This document shows, piece by piece, positions 27,759-40,861 of a stretch of 64,000 bases of DNA. The stretch is from NCBI RefSeq assembly GCF_006345805.1, contig NC_043004.1, forward strand, positions 55,242,001 through 55,306,000, read 5' to 3'. The first letter of the stretch is position 1, and the number at the start of each line of letters is the position of its first letter. This DNA is from Octopus sinensis. Taxonomy: Eukaryota. Made by a program: the position numbers and the translations under genes. The notes under the pieces are model-generated. The model was given only the letters and a program-made list of their open reading frames with translations. It was not told where the DNA came from and ran no database searches.

Positions 27759-27972
27759 TATTTCTTTATTACCCACAAGGGGCTAAACACAGAGAGGACA
27801 GACAAACGGATTAAGTCGATTACATCGACCCCAGTGCGTAACTGGTACTTAATTTATCGACCCCGAAAGGATGAAAGGCAAAGTCGACCTCGGCGGAATT
27901 CGAACTCACAACGTAACGCAGACGAAATACCGCTAAGCATTTCGCCCGGCGTGCTAACGTTTCTGCCAACCA
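27759..27972 (-). mobile_element. tRNA-derived SINE family 3 (Nin/Deu-domain-like core)
   Basis: Reverse complement contains GAGTTCGAATTCC and GACTTTGCCTTTCATCCTTTCGGGGTCGATAAATTAAGTACCAG. Confidence 0.8.
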
Positions 27973-28390
27973 CCACCAAGTTCTCAAGAGCTACGGTTTT
28001 TTTTTTATGACGGGAGAGTGTGAGTTGATAGTTATTTGACTGCTCTTTCTAGCAATTCGAGCAGTCGTCTTCGTTGCCTGCTGTTGTAGTCTGGTGCTGT
28101 GAGGTGCAGTGTAGCATGCTTGCTCAGGTGGTGGTGTAAGGGTAATTAGCTAACATAATATATATTCAGCACTCTGCTGGTGTTATTGCCTGGGGCGGGA
28201 ATAACTCCTCCCCAAGAAGTGAAACTCTGAACAACATCCAGCAACACACGAGCAACAATCACGTTCAAACGCGTGCGCGCACACACATCACATTCATATT
28301 CACATATATACATATATTCATGGAGATATGTATGTGTGTTTGTGTATATGTGCAGGCACATATATGTGTGTGTGCGCGCGCACGCATGAG

Positions 28391-28491
<101 letters not shown>

Positions 28492-28497
28492 TTATCT

Positions 28498-28898
28498 GTG
28501 TGGTAAGTAGCTTGCTTACCAACCACATGGTTCCGGGTTCAGTCCCACTGCGTGGCACTTTGGGCAAGTGTCTTCTGCTATAGCCCCGGGCCGACCAATG
28601 CCTTGTGAGTGGATTTGGTAGACGGAAACTGAAAGAAGCCTGTCGTATATATGTATGTATATATATATATATGTATGTATGTGTATATGTTTGTGTGTCT
28701 GTGTTTGTTACCCTAGCATTGCTTGACAACCGATGCTGGTGTGTTTAGGTCCCCGTCACTTAGCGGTTCGGCAAAAGAGACCGATAGAATAAGTACTGGG
28801 CTTACAAAGAATAAGTCCCAGGGTCATTTGCTCGACTAAAGGCGGTGCTCTAGCATGGCCGCAGTCAAATGACTGAAACAAGTAAAAGAGTAAAAGAG

Positions 28899-28900
<2 letters not shown>
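28498..28900 (+). mobile_element. SINE family 1
   Basis: Collinear with 23101-23515. Confidence 0.88.
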
Positions 28901-28996
<96 letters not shown>

Positions 28997-29011
28997 ATAT
29001 ATCTATATATA

Positions 29012-30249
29012 CAGGGTCGGTAAGCAAAACTAACATTTGAAACTCATTGCGCATTAATAGGTTTAGTAATTTAAAAAATTGGTTAATAACATTTACATAT
29101 AATCACAAAACGAATAATTAATTCTATGTCGCTTCCAATATTTGTAATTACAGCCTCTACACGGTCCCGGAACCCCTCCCAACTCTTTACCACGAAGTCA
29201 CTGGACATCCTGGCTCACTCCTCATTGATAGCAGCCTTCAGAGAGTTGATGTCGGGATGGGAGGTTTTGTTGGTGGCATGCTCCAAAATGACCCACGCAG
29301 TATAGTCCAGAGAGCTGAGTTCCGGACTGGAAGAGGGTCAGAAATCCGCAGACCAGAAAGCAGCAAAGTTTGATTTGCAGAAATTCTGTACCTTCTTGGT
29401 AGTATGGCTGGAAGCACCATCCTAAATCCACACATAGTTACCCTCCGGGTAGTTGGCCTTGAACCATAGTAAGTAATGGTACCTCAGCGCCATGTAGTAG
29501 GCGACTGCACCCAGCCTTTCTTCAGGTTTGCAGAAGTAGATGGGCATCTTTCTTCCGTCGTAGGCTACAAGAGCGAAGGCTATGGCCTGGGCTGGAAGTT
29601 TTGTTCTGAAGGTGTCCCTGACGTCAGCTGCTTGCTCTGCAATGTACCGATCGTTTCTGCGGTTCACAACGGCATCCATTGTGAAGATTTCTCCTCAGAA
29701 AACATTTTCACAGTGGACCCGTTCTTCTTGAGGCATATGAGAACCTTTCTGCATCTCTCCAATCTCCTGGCCTTCATAGGTTCTGTCAGTAGTTGTATCG
29801 GCGTCCTCGTGTAGGACTTGAGATTCAAGTCATTATTCACAGCTGTTCTGATGGTCTTGGGCTCCAGAGGACAGCTTTCTCATGGACGCGGTTGGATCCG
29901 TTGAAATTTTAGACTTGAGAGTGTTGATGAAGTCTTGATTCCGCTTCTTGTTAGCGTCACTGCTGCCAGACTTCCTCTGAACGCCGTTGCCCATGTTCAT
30001 TCTCTTCTTGAAGCTATAAACTGCGCATAAGGATACTCTGACTATGCTTAAGATCCTCTTCAGTTCGACTTTTGCACAGAGCAAATCACATACCCTGCAT
30101 TGTCATATCCTCCAATATTTCTACAGAAAAGCGTTTATTATTAGCTGACAATGTATTCTTCGTTCTGCATTAGGTTTCATACCATTTGGTGTAGTGGTTG
30201 TTGTGAAATATCAATGTAACTTTTAATGCACGTTTTGCATCTCCGCCTG
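29012..30249 (-). mobile_element. Decayed Tc1/mariner DD37D (maT-type) transposon
   Basis: FS(E)EK…/W.*DGASSH…/*PSSSPELSSLDY with 37 residues between the 2nd and 3rd D; degenerate TIRs CAGG…GCAAAAC…CATT. Confidence 0.85.
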
Positions 30250-30279
30250 TGTGTGAGTGTATGTGTGTGTATGTATATA

Positions 30280-30319
<40 letters not shown>

Positions 30320-30464
30320 AATATGTATATATATGTATATATACATACACACACACACACGCATATATATATATGTGTATATATATATACATATATATGT
30401 ATGTATGTACATACAGGTATAGAGACACGTGTGTATCTATCTGCCTGTCTGTCTCTCCCGCTTT

Positions 30465-30555
<91 letters not shown>

Positions 30556-31174
30556 AAGAAAGAGAGAGAGAGAGAAAGAGGTACACATACGAATTGGTTG
30601 GATCATCTCAGTGTTAGACAAATTACCTTCCGGCTTTTCAATTCAAATTTCACCAAAGTTGACTTCACCTTTCATCCTTTCAGAGTCGATAAAATGAATA
30701 ACATTTGAGCCATGAGATCAATGTAATCGATTTACATTCCCCTCCTAAAACTGCTGGCCTTGACCCACCCCAAAATTTGAAACCATTATTATTATTATTG
30801 AGGGCCGATGTAATCGAGTGGAGGTCCCCCACCAAATTCCTGTCCCCGTGTCTACGGTAGAAGGAATCGTTGAAGGCATGAGGACAGAGATCTTCCTTTT
30901 GTGGTTGAGCTTTAACCAAGTTCATCAATTGTCATTAGGAAAGAAAAGTAAAGGTAAAGCGGGTTAAAATGGCAAGAGTGGCACCGCTCTAAGTTTAAAC
31001 CTGTGAGTAAGAGAATTGGAACTAAAGAAGGCACTTGTCCTTCATGTTCAGGGACATCTTGAATGGTGGTGTTCAACAACTGACGTTAGAGGTACTTCTG
31101 TATTAGGAGGGTGACATCACTATCGGTCTTCTTTACTGATGTATACTATATATATATATATGTATATATTGTTT

Positions 31175-31545
31175 CATCCTTTTACTTGTTTCAGTAATTT
31201 AACTGCGGCCATGCTGGAGCACCTCCTTTAGTCGAATAAATCGGCCCCAGGATTAATGCTTTGTAAGCCTTTATCGGTCTCTTTTTCTGAACCACTAGGT
31301 TACAGGGACGTAAAAATACCATTATCGGTTGTCAAGCGATGGTGGGAGGACAAACACAGACACATAAATATATATATAAATATATATATACGGCGGGCTT
31401 CTTTCAGTTTCCGTCAACCAAATTCACTCACAAAACTTTGGTCGGATCGAGGCTATAGCAGAAGACACATGTCCAAAGTGACACGCAGTGGGACTGAACC
31501 TGGAACCATGTGGTTGGGAAGCAACCTTCTTACCACATAGCCACG

Positions 31546-31583
<38 letters not shown>

Positions 31584-31970
31584 GCTTGCTTACAAACTAC
31601 ATGGTTCCAGGTTCATTCTCACTGCGTGGCACCTATAGTCTCCTACTATAGCCTCGGACCGACCAAAGCCTTGTGAGTGGATGTGGTAGACGGAAACTGA
31701 AAGAAGCCCGTCGTATATATACATATATATAAATATATGTATGTGTGTATATGTTTGTGTGTCTGTGTTTGTCCCTCAACATCGCTTGACAACCGTTGGT
31801 GGAGTATTTACGTCCCCGTAACTTAGCGGTTCGGTAAAAGAGCCCGATAGAATAAGTACTAGGCTTCCAAATAATAAGTCCTGGGGTCGATTTGCTCGAC
31901 TGAAGGCGGTGCCCCAGCATGGCCGCTGTCAAGTGATTGAAACAAGTAAAAGTAAAAGTACAAAAGTAAA
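31175..31970. mobile_element. Two SINE family 1 copies in opposite orientation (31175-31547 minus; 31581-31970 plus) separated by (TA)n
   Basis: Both collinear with the family consensus seen elsewhere in the window. Confidence 0.85.
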
Positions 31971-32079
31971 GTATATATATACATATATATATATATATAT
32001 ACATACATATATGATAAATCGCCATGATAGATCGTTAGCCACTACACACATTTTTTCTCTCCTTGCTTTTTCTGTGTCC

Positions 32080-32115
32080 CTTTCTGTAGAAGAGCGTAGG
32101 CTCGAAACGTAAAAG
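32080..32115 (+). ncRNA. Minimal hammerhead-like motif, CUGUAGA core variant
   Basis: CTTT-CTGTAGA-A-GAGC-GTAG-GCTC-GAAA-CG-TA-AAAG. Confidence 0.55.
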
Positions 32116-32202
32116 ACTTTTTCTACTCCTGAACGTTATATTAATACATCTGTTTGTTTTGTTCACAACATGTCTTCGTCTTTTGCTTTTTTCGTAAACT
32201 CT

Positions 32203-32286
<84 letters not shown>

Positions 32287-32564
32287 ATGTATGTATATGT
32301 ATATATACTTTAAAAACATTTTTTATACTGTATATCGTGTATACTTTTTACACATTCTTTTGTCTTACCATTCTATGTATATCCCTACACTTTATGTCTG
32401 TCTTTGTAACTTCTCACTTATTCATCTCCCGGGTATTCATCATCCTCATACATCATAACATCATCATAATCATCATCATCATCATCAATGTAATCAACTT
32501 ATCAACTTCCCCCAAATTGCTGGCCTTGTGCCAAAATTTGAGACCATTATTATTATTATCGTTA

Positions 32565-32612
32565 TTGTAATTATTATTATTGCTATCATTATTATTATTG
32601 TTGTTTTTGTTG

Positions 32613-32652
<40 letters not shown>

Positions 32653-32673
32653 TATTACTATTATTATTATTAC

Positions 32674-32721
<48 letters not shown>

Positions 32722-32742
32722 TATTACTATTATTATTATTAC

Positions 32743-32781
<39 letters not shown>

Positions 32782-32827
32782 TATTACTATTATTATTATT
32801 ACTATTATTATTATTATTATTATTATT
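32565..32827. repeat. (ATT)n microsatellite
   Basis: Direct reading. Confidence 0.97.
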
Positions 32828-33208
32828 GTTTATAAACGTATACTACATCGAATGGTCATGTTATCCACAATTAGAAAAAGGAGTAAACGCAATTAGAATG
32901 TAGAGTGTCTGCACGTTTGTGTGAATGTGTGTGTGTGTGTGTATGTGTGTGTGTGTGTGCGTGTGTGCGTGCGTGTGTGTGTGTGTATGTGTGTGTGTGC
33001 AAACAGTGTTTATGCACTTCCACTTCAATTTGTTTACCGTCAACAGTTAAATATTCTTCAGCATGAAAACATAAACATACATACACGAGCAGAGCTAAGT
33101 AAACACACAAACATCAATTCGTATGTACACACAAACATGCACTAACCTATAAATCTATCTATCTATCTATCGTGTCTTTTTCTATCTCTATTTGTGTGTG
33201 TGTGTGTG

Positions 33209-33277
<69 letters not shown>

Positions 33278-33371
33278 GTTTGTCTATACCAGACATACAT
33301 TTGTAGACAATCATATATACACACAGATGTGTGTGTGTATGCATGTATGAATGCGTGCTATTTGCATGTGC

Positions 33372-33409
<38 letters not shown>

Positions 33410-33903
33410 ATACATGCATGCATGCATGCATGTATGTAGGAATTTGTGTTATTTGCATACGCCTCTGTGTGTGTGTGTGTGTGTGTGTGTTGTGTGTGTG
33501 TGTGTGGTGTGTGTGCGTGTTTATGCATCTATGTGAAGCTATATACACACGATGAACGTATTGAGAAAAGGTTGCTAAACAATAAACACGATAAAAACAA
33601 CAACTACAACAAAAGCATCTACAACAACAACAATAATATCCAGGGAAAATTAAATTAAATCATTTGTCCACGTGATTTTGTTGCTGTTGTGGCTCTTGTT
33701 TACTCAGCAGTCATAAGCTTTGTCGTATTCTTCTTAGTCTCCAACCTTTAATCTTCAATCTTTAATCTTCAATCTTTAATCTTAAAACTTCAGCTTCGAT
33801 TCCAAGTTGAAATCTGTTTTAACAATCTCCCGTTTGCATCAATATACACACGTAAACCTATATACGCACATACTCTCTCTCTCTTGCTCTCGCACATACT
33901 CAG

Positions 33904-33955
<52 letters not shown>

Positions 33956-34510
33956 GCGTGCATATACATATACACACACACAAAAACATTTTCTTACTGT
34001 ATATCTGTCTCTTTTCCTCACACGCACACATATTTATCACACAGATATACTTATATACATATTTACATATTCACACATAACACACGCGCACACACACACA
34101 CACGAGTACATAACTGCATAACTGTGCACCTATATACACGTTCACGTTTACCTTAAAGTCACAGAGATAGACACACTCCACCACACTTATATGTAGACAT
34201 CTAATTATATATATATATATATAGTACCACACATACACACACACACACACATACGCATACATGCGCACACAAATAGACACATATATACATACATATACTT
34301 TACTACAGAGATGTAAAGGTATACAGTGAATTGAATAACTGCTCTGATACTTATACTCTAACAGCGACTCACGCTCACAAATGCACACACATGTACGAGC
34401 AATCAACCGCATGCACACACACAGACCAAGAACAGCGCACTCAGCTACCATATGCATACGCACACACGGGCATACACACATACACATTCCCGCTCTTGTA
34501 GTTAACAGCT

Positions 34511-34520
34511 GTTTTCACAG
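34511..34520 (+). other. Splice acceptor of the first coding exon (exon 34521-35052)
   Basis: Pyrimidine-rich …GTTTTCACAG| 25 nt upstream of the ATG. Confidence 0.6.
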
Positions 34521-34545
34521 ACGTGAAGCGATCGACTGCTTAGTG

Positions 34546-35052
34546 ATGGAGATCTGTTGGCGGCATGCCTTTCTTCTCCTTATTTTAGCCTCCAAAGCTG
34601 CTTGCTCATTTTCTGTCCCGCCTGTCGCTGATCATAGCGTTGACGTGCTCTTAAAAGAATCGTCATCTTCGTCGGTATCGGCACAAACAGTACGACACCC
34701 CGTAGCGTCACCCGTATTCCAATCACAACCACAAGTACCCGAAACAGTATCCGAACCTGCAGTATCCCAAAGGGTACAACGAACTGTACCCGAGTCATCA
34801 ACTGACCAGCCGGAAGCAGTATTACCATCTGTACGCGAGTCACAGCTAAAAGGACAACCACTAGCGCCACCACCGCCGCTGGCACAAGTTCAGTTAGCAT
34901 CATCATCACCAAAAGGATCAGAAGAAGTAGTACGAGACACGATTTATGGCAAAGTTAGGGGTTTCGTCAAAGAGGTTCTTCCCGGAAAGTTTGCGGAATA
35001 TTATCTAGGAGTACCTTATGCTGCCCCACCGGTCGGAAAACTTCGTTTCGAG
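34546..35052 (+). CDS. First coding exon of a type-B carboxylesterase / neuroligin-family protein (signal peptide + P/S/Q/V-rich linker + start of COesterase domain)
   Basis: MEICWRHAFLLLILASKAACS signal peptide; TIYGKVRG…EYYLGVPYAAPPVGKLRFE; phase-0 donor GAG|GTAATA. Confidence 0.88.
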
Positions 35053-35169
35053 GTAATAAGAATTTTTACTTTGTAACCACGTGGTTTTCGGTTCAGTTCC
35101 ATTGCACGGCATGTTTGGCAAATGTCTTCTATTATAGCCCGATCGACCAATGCCTTATGAGCGAATTTC

Positions 35170-35200
<31 letters not shown>

Positions 35201-35390
35201 TGTATGTATGTATGTATGTATGTGTGTATGTATGCATGTAAGTATGTATGTATGTATGTATGTATGTATGTATGTATGTTTGTATGCATGCATGCATGCA
35301 TGCATGTATGTATGTATGTATGCATGCATGCATGCATGTATGTATGTATGTATGTATGTATGTATGTATGTATTATGTATGTATGCATAT
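35170..35390. repeat. (TATG)n microsatellite
   Basis: Direct reading. Confidence 0.95.
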
Positions 35391-35610
35391 GTATACATAT
35401 TATATCATAGTATAATTTACTGTATTATATATTAAACTAAATTTTCACAAATACTACATATAGTGCAAGATTCACCGGGAAGGAAGAGTAGGATTTGCTA
35501 CACCCTGGGCTCAGTGTTTTGTTCCTGTGCAAAACCAAACTGCTATCTGTTGTTAAAGATTGATCTAATAGTCGAGATATTTTCGGGATCCGATATATTT
35601 TAAATTTAAC

Positions 35611-36461
35611 TACCGTATTTACCGACGTATAAGACGCACTTTTTTGGTTGTTTTTAAATGTATCAAAATATTGTTCTGCGTCTAACGTGGCTCTATTATG
35701 GATGGGAGACCGGATATCGTAGTCCAGGTGTCCGGATGAGCATACGTCTGTTAGGTGCAATAATTGTTACTGATAATAAAATATTGGAAACAGAGCCCAA
35801 ATGATCACAGATAGTTAGTACAAACTTACTACTAATTACTTACTGTATGTCGGCAGTTATGTAAGTAACATTGTATCGTTATATCTTATTCCTCAGCATA
35901 CATAACCTACACCTGATATGTGTGTTACATTATTTAATAAATCTGCTATCTTTAAGAAAATTTTTTATTAATTACTTAAACGAAAAATTCTCTTAGAATG
36001 ATGGAAGAAATGTTAACAAACTCTCATTCATCTGTCAGCTATTTGCAACGAGTGGATGACAACAAATTCATAGTGATGGGGCATCACCCTGGCGCTAATT
36101 TTAATTACATAAAACTTTGCAGCCAGAAATACAAGATTTTACATCCTGTATGGCAATTTTCTTGACCAAAATATGAGCAATTAAACAATTTAAATGACAG
36201 AAGAAACACCGTACTCCTATGATGTAGTTTGTTTATAATGCATTTATGATACCATACTTTATTGTAGCATACTTCCAAAACAGAGTATTATTTGTACAGA
36301 AACATACATTTTTTCTGAGAAAACCACTTTAGAAAATATTTCAATAGCATCTTTGTAAAATATTGTGCGTCTTAAGCGAGGGTGCGTCTTACTCGAGGTC
36401 ACATCTTACGCGAATGTGCGACTTAAGCGAGGGTGCGTCTTATATGCTGGAAAATAGGGTA
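35611..36461. mobile_element. Non-autonomous Tc2/pogo-like DNA transposon
   Basis: TA-CCGTATTTACCGACGTATAAGACGCAC … GTGCGTCTTATATGCTGGAAAATAGGG-TA inverted ends; subterminal GCGTCTTA repeats. Confidence 0.8.
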
Positions 36462-36463
36462 TT

Positions 36464-36690
36464 TAGGAGGGGGTGCTGTAAAGTTCCTGGCTTTGGGTAA
36501 AAGAAAATACAAAAGGATCGGTTAATTATAATTTTATTCAACATATTCCCCTCTTAGATTCATACACTTATTGCAACGATCTTTCAGAGTTTTAAGCCCT
36601 GTAAAAAAATTCGGAAGGTTGGCCCTCCAGCCAGGCCTTTCACGTTACGCTTAAAGCCTTAAAGCCAGGCTCTTTTCACCTCCCCTCGTA
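36464..36690. mobile_element. Mariner-type MITE
   Basis: TA-GGAGGGGGTGCTGTAAAGTTCCTGGCTTT … AAAGCCAGGCTCTTTTCACCTCCCCTCG-TA. Confidence 0.85.
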
Positions 36691-37181
36691 CAATATTACA
36701 ATAGTGAAACTGAATGACAATAATGAATGGTCCGACTTAATTTTTATTGGATGAAAGAATACAATAATTGGGTTTAATTATTTTTATATTTCTGACAAAT
36801 GAAATCTGTTGGATAAAAAATATCATTTCTAAAATTTAATTGAGGCATCATAATGTTAATCAACTGCCTTAAATGAGATCTGAACATGTGATAAACATTT
36901 TATTGTGTAGTTTCAACTTTAACATCATGTTGCTATGGGAACATACAACAATAATATGTTAAAATTGGTTGTCACTTTTTCAATGTTAGACCCATAAAAC
37001 AAATATACGTTATATTATGCCAAGAGAGTACTTAACTGATGGTTAATTAATACTTAATAGATAATAGGTCGCAGTAGTTTAGACGTTGACATTTTGGCTC
37101 AATCAATTATCTGGATATTCAGTCCGTTTTGGCGACAGTACTTTTTGGCTTTGAAGGCAAACACACCACACACACACACAC

Positions 37182-37227
<46 letters not shown>

Positions 37228-37431
37228 TAGATATATAGAAAGAAAAACAGAGAGAGAAAGAGAGGGGGAGAAAAAGAGAGAGAGGGAGAGAGAACGAGAG
37301 GAACAATATCACTACTACGACCTGCATACATAATACATACTTACATATATCATGCATACATGCATACATACACACATAAGGTATATATATGTGTTTGTGT
37401 GTGTGTGAGAGAGTCTCTGTGTGTGTGTATG

Positions 37432-37487
<56 letters not shown>

Positions 37488-37489
<2 letters not shown>

Positions 37490-37728
37490 GGAGTAAACAC
37501 ATAAATGTGAAACAAGGTGGAAAAAAAGAGTACTCAAATACCAGTGGTAGAGTAATATGCTTTATTTAAAGCAGCAGAAAATTCAACAAAATCTGTTACT
37601 CTGAGTTTCTCGTTGCCGTTCATCAGACAGTTTTGCTTTTGCTAGAATCTAGCAAAAACTGTCTGATGAACGGCAACGAGAAACTCAGAGTAACAGATTT
37701 TGTTGAATTTTCTGCCGCTTTAAATAAA

Positions 37729-37730
<2 letters not shown>
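37488..37730. repeat. Fold-back element with mirror-image hammerheads (37593-37630 minus; 37659-37696 plus)
   Basis: CTGT-CTGATGA-A-CG-GCAA-CG-A-GAAA-CTC-A-GAG-TA-ACAG in each arm; deleted relative at about 26321-26440. Confidence 0.8.
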
Positions 37731-37813
<83 letters not shown>

Positions 37814-37905
37814 AGGTTAATCCAAACGGGAAAACAGAAAAAACAACACGTGGAACAATTACAGTATTATTATTATTAGGCGCTCAGGAAAATGGAAGAA
37901 GGAGG

Positions 37906-37940
37906 GTATGACGTTTCGAGCGGAGCTCTTCGTCGGAAAC
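37906..37940 (-). ncRNA. Minimal hammerhead motif
   Basis: GTTT-CCGACGA-A-GAGC-TCC-GCTC-GAAA-CG-TC-ATAC. Confidence 0.65.
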
Positions 37941-38984
37941 ATAGGAGAAAGAAAGATCCCGAGACGGGAGGACAGAGGAAAAAAAATTGCAGGTAGTCTT
38001 CGCGAGGTCACATACTGAAAAGACGGAAGTGGTAAAAAAGGAGGAAAATGTTTTTTTAAAAACAGGAGAGCTGAATCAAAGAGGGAATGGTAAAAAAAGG
38101 TGTGCGAGAAAACGAGGGTGTGTGTGAGTGGTGTGCGTTGTGTGTATTTGTGTGTATGGTGGACAGTGGCTAGTAGCAGGCAGTAGTAGAATTAAAGGAG
38201 TGTGTGGGGGTACCCTAGCAAGTCAGAAAGGCAGTCAGAAACAGGGAGGTATGTGTGTGTGCGTGTGTATGTATGTGTGAGTGTGTGCGTGTGCGTGTGT
38301 GTATGTGTGTGTGAGGCGAGATAAAAAAATAAAAAATATGTATATGTTAATGCGTGCAGGGCGAACAGATGACATAGCAAGTCTCGAGTGAGTGGTCAGT
38401 GGTAAAAAAAGGGAGGAAGGAGGGAAGAAGGGAAGGAGGGAAAGGGTGGGGGCGTATGTAATGTGCCAGTGTGTGTGTAGAGTGGTAGTGTGTCCAGTGT
38501 GCGTAGTTGTGTGTATGGCAAGTAAATTAGAAGTGTGTGTAAGTGTAATGTATATATATATGCAAATGTGTGTGTGTGAGTGGGTGTGTGTATGTGTGTG
38601 CGTGTGTGTACAAAGAGGGGGGTGGGGGGTTTAAGGAAAAAACTGCAGCGGAGGGGGGGAGGGGAAGATGGAAGAGTGGTCCCGCGGCGACAGGCGTGGG
38701 AGAACCCAAAGACACGCGCCGGCCCCAGATACGTGCAGGAGATCTAGTCGGTCAAACCACGAGCGTGGTGCATGCATGCGTGTATGCGTGCGCGAACGTG
38801 CACAAGCGTGTATGTGCGCGCGCCTGCGAGTGTGTGTGTAAGTATATATGTATGTATGTATGTATTTGTATATTTGTACACTCCCGTCATTTCGATGTAT
38901 GAGTGTTTGAAGGAGAGGATTTAAAGAAGAAAAAAAATTGAAAAAAAGACAAAACAACTTTTAAAATAAAATAGCAAAAGAAGC

Positions 38985-39925
38985 TGCATGTATTTGCGAT
39001 GGACACGTGAATGTAATTTGACTTCAGATATGGAGTTTGCTATGACGTCACAATGAGGACACTGATGATTTTGATTTTGCTTGGGATTGGGCGAATGTAC
39101 CTGTTGATTGCACGAAAATTCTTTTGTTCTGTTTCTTCAACTCAAGTTGTTTTGATGCATCATGACATATTTTGTGTCATGCTGAACGATCCAGGCAATG
39201 ACTTTTCCAAGATGACAAGTTAAACTGTAGAGATTTTAGTGATTGCTTCAGCTTATCTTTATACCTAAGGACAAGTCTTCCTTTACCGCAGTATCCCTCT
39301 ACTTGTTGGCCATACAAAACAATTTTCTGAATGCGATCATCTTTCATTCGAGCAACCTACCCATCTGCACTGAATTCTCAGCAGCATACTTTGGATACTG
39401 GAGATTTTCTAAGATTTTGACAATTGATATCTGATCTTGCCATTTTATGTTGCAGATATTGCGCAGAGAGCACATGTGAAATGTTTTAAGTTCTCTTATA
39501 TGTTTGTAGATGGAAGTTCATGTTTCTGCCCCATAAAAGTGTGCTCAAAACACAAGATTTGCACACACTTGTTTTTGTTTTAAGATTGACACCATGTTCA
39601 TCTCACAACCGATGGGCAAGTTTTCTGACAGTAATTTTGTCATCAAAGTACTCTTAAAGTTATTTGTACTTCTAAGATATTTAAATGACCCCTGACCCAT
39701 TTGAGTGGCTTGTTGCCAATCATCACGTTTGAATCTTGAGTATGTTTTGCCCCAGGCTTTGATTGGAATAAAACTTCAGTCTTCTTGATGCTGACAGCCA
39801 GTCTAAATGCACGAGCTACCACAGCAGACCTGTCAACAGTTTCTCGAATGCCCTTAAATGTAAGAGAAATTAGAGCACAATTATCAGCAAACGGAATGTC
39901 ACGTAGACACTCTTTCTTGGTTTTA
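38985..39925 (-). mobile_element. RTE (BovB-like) LINE 3' fragment, degraded
   Basis: PFADNCAL…AFRLAVSIKKTEV (RT); LRNICNIKWQD…ARMKDDRIQKIVLYGQ…RYKDKLK. Confidence 0.85.
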
Positions 39926-39931
39926 TGTAAA

Positions 39932-39976
<45 letters not shown>

Positions 39977-39990
39977 ACGTGTATATATAA

Positions 39991-40197
39991 GGCGAGCTAG
40001 CCGGGCGAAATGCGTAGCCGTATTTCGTCTGCCGTTACGTTCTGAGTTCAAATTCCGCCGAGGTCGACTTTGCTTTTCATCCTTTCGGGGTCGATAAATT
40101 AAGTGCCAGTTACGCACTGGGTTGACGTAATCGACTTAATCCGTTTGTTTGTCCTTGTTTGTCCCCTCTATGTTTAGCCCCTTGTGGGCAATAAAGA

Positions 40198-40205
<8 letters not shown>
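39991..40205 (+). mobile_element. SINE family 3
   Basis: Same core as 27759-27972. Confidence 0.85.
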
Positions 40206-40229
<24 letters not shown>

Positions 40230-40273
40230 AGCTCCAAAAGTTTTTTTTTCTCTCAGTTTATTTCCTCGTGTTC

Positions 40274-40309
40274 CTTTCTGTTGAAGAGCGTAGGCTCGAA
40301 ACGTAAAAG
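40274..40309 (+). ncRNA. Minimal hammerhead-like motif, CUGUUGA core variant
   Basis: CTTT-CTGTTGA-A-GAGC-GTAG-GCTC-GAAA-CG-TA-AAAG. Confidence 0.55.
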
Positions 40310-40408
40310 ACCTTCTCACCTTCCCGAGCGTTAAACTAATACACCTGCTTGTTGTTTATACCCCTGTCTTCGTCTTTTGTTTTACTGTTAATCTCAACTA
40401 TGTACACA

Positions 40409-40439
<31 letters not shown>

Positions 40440-40462
40440 GCACACACACACACACACACACA

Positions 40463-40499
<37 letters not shown>

Positions 40500-40620
40500 T
40501 CATTACAAATATAGGGTAAAAAAATTATTAATTTAATAAAATTAACAAATTTTACCAAGTAGTTTTCGGTATGGAAAAGAACCATATTCGATAAAAACTT
40601 ATACAAAAAGTTTTTTTATA

Positions 40621-40808
40621 TATAATTATAGCAATAATTAAAGGTTTAGCAACAAGTTGCTTGACCACATACCGAAAATTTTAGAAATAGCAGCCAAATA
40701 GTAGAAAAAAGAAAAAAAAAGAAATAGCAATCTTTTGGCTGCTATTTCTAGAATTTTCGGTATGTGGTCAAGCAACTTGTTGCTAAACCCTTAATTATTG
40801 TTATAATT
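40621..40808. repeat. Inverted repeat, about 80-bp arms
   Basis: …AAGTTGCTTGACCACATACCGAAAAT… vs …ATTTTCGGTATGTGGTCAAGCAACTT…. Confidence 0.9.
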
Positions 40809-40861
40809 GTATATATATCACAGAACTTGAGGCGATCCAATGAAGTTACACGAAGAAGATA

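Noticed and set aside
27489-28010. Thr/His-rich 173-aa ORF
   Set aside because: Degenerate (CAC)n tract running into a SINE
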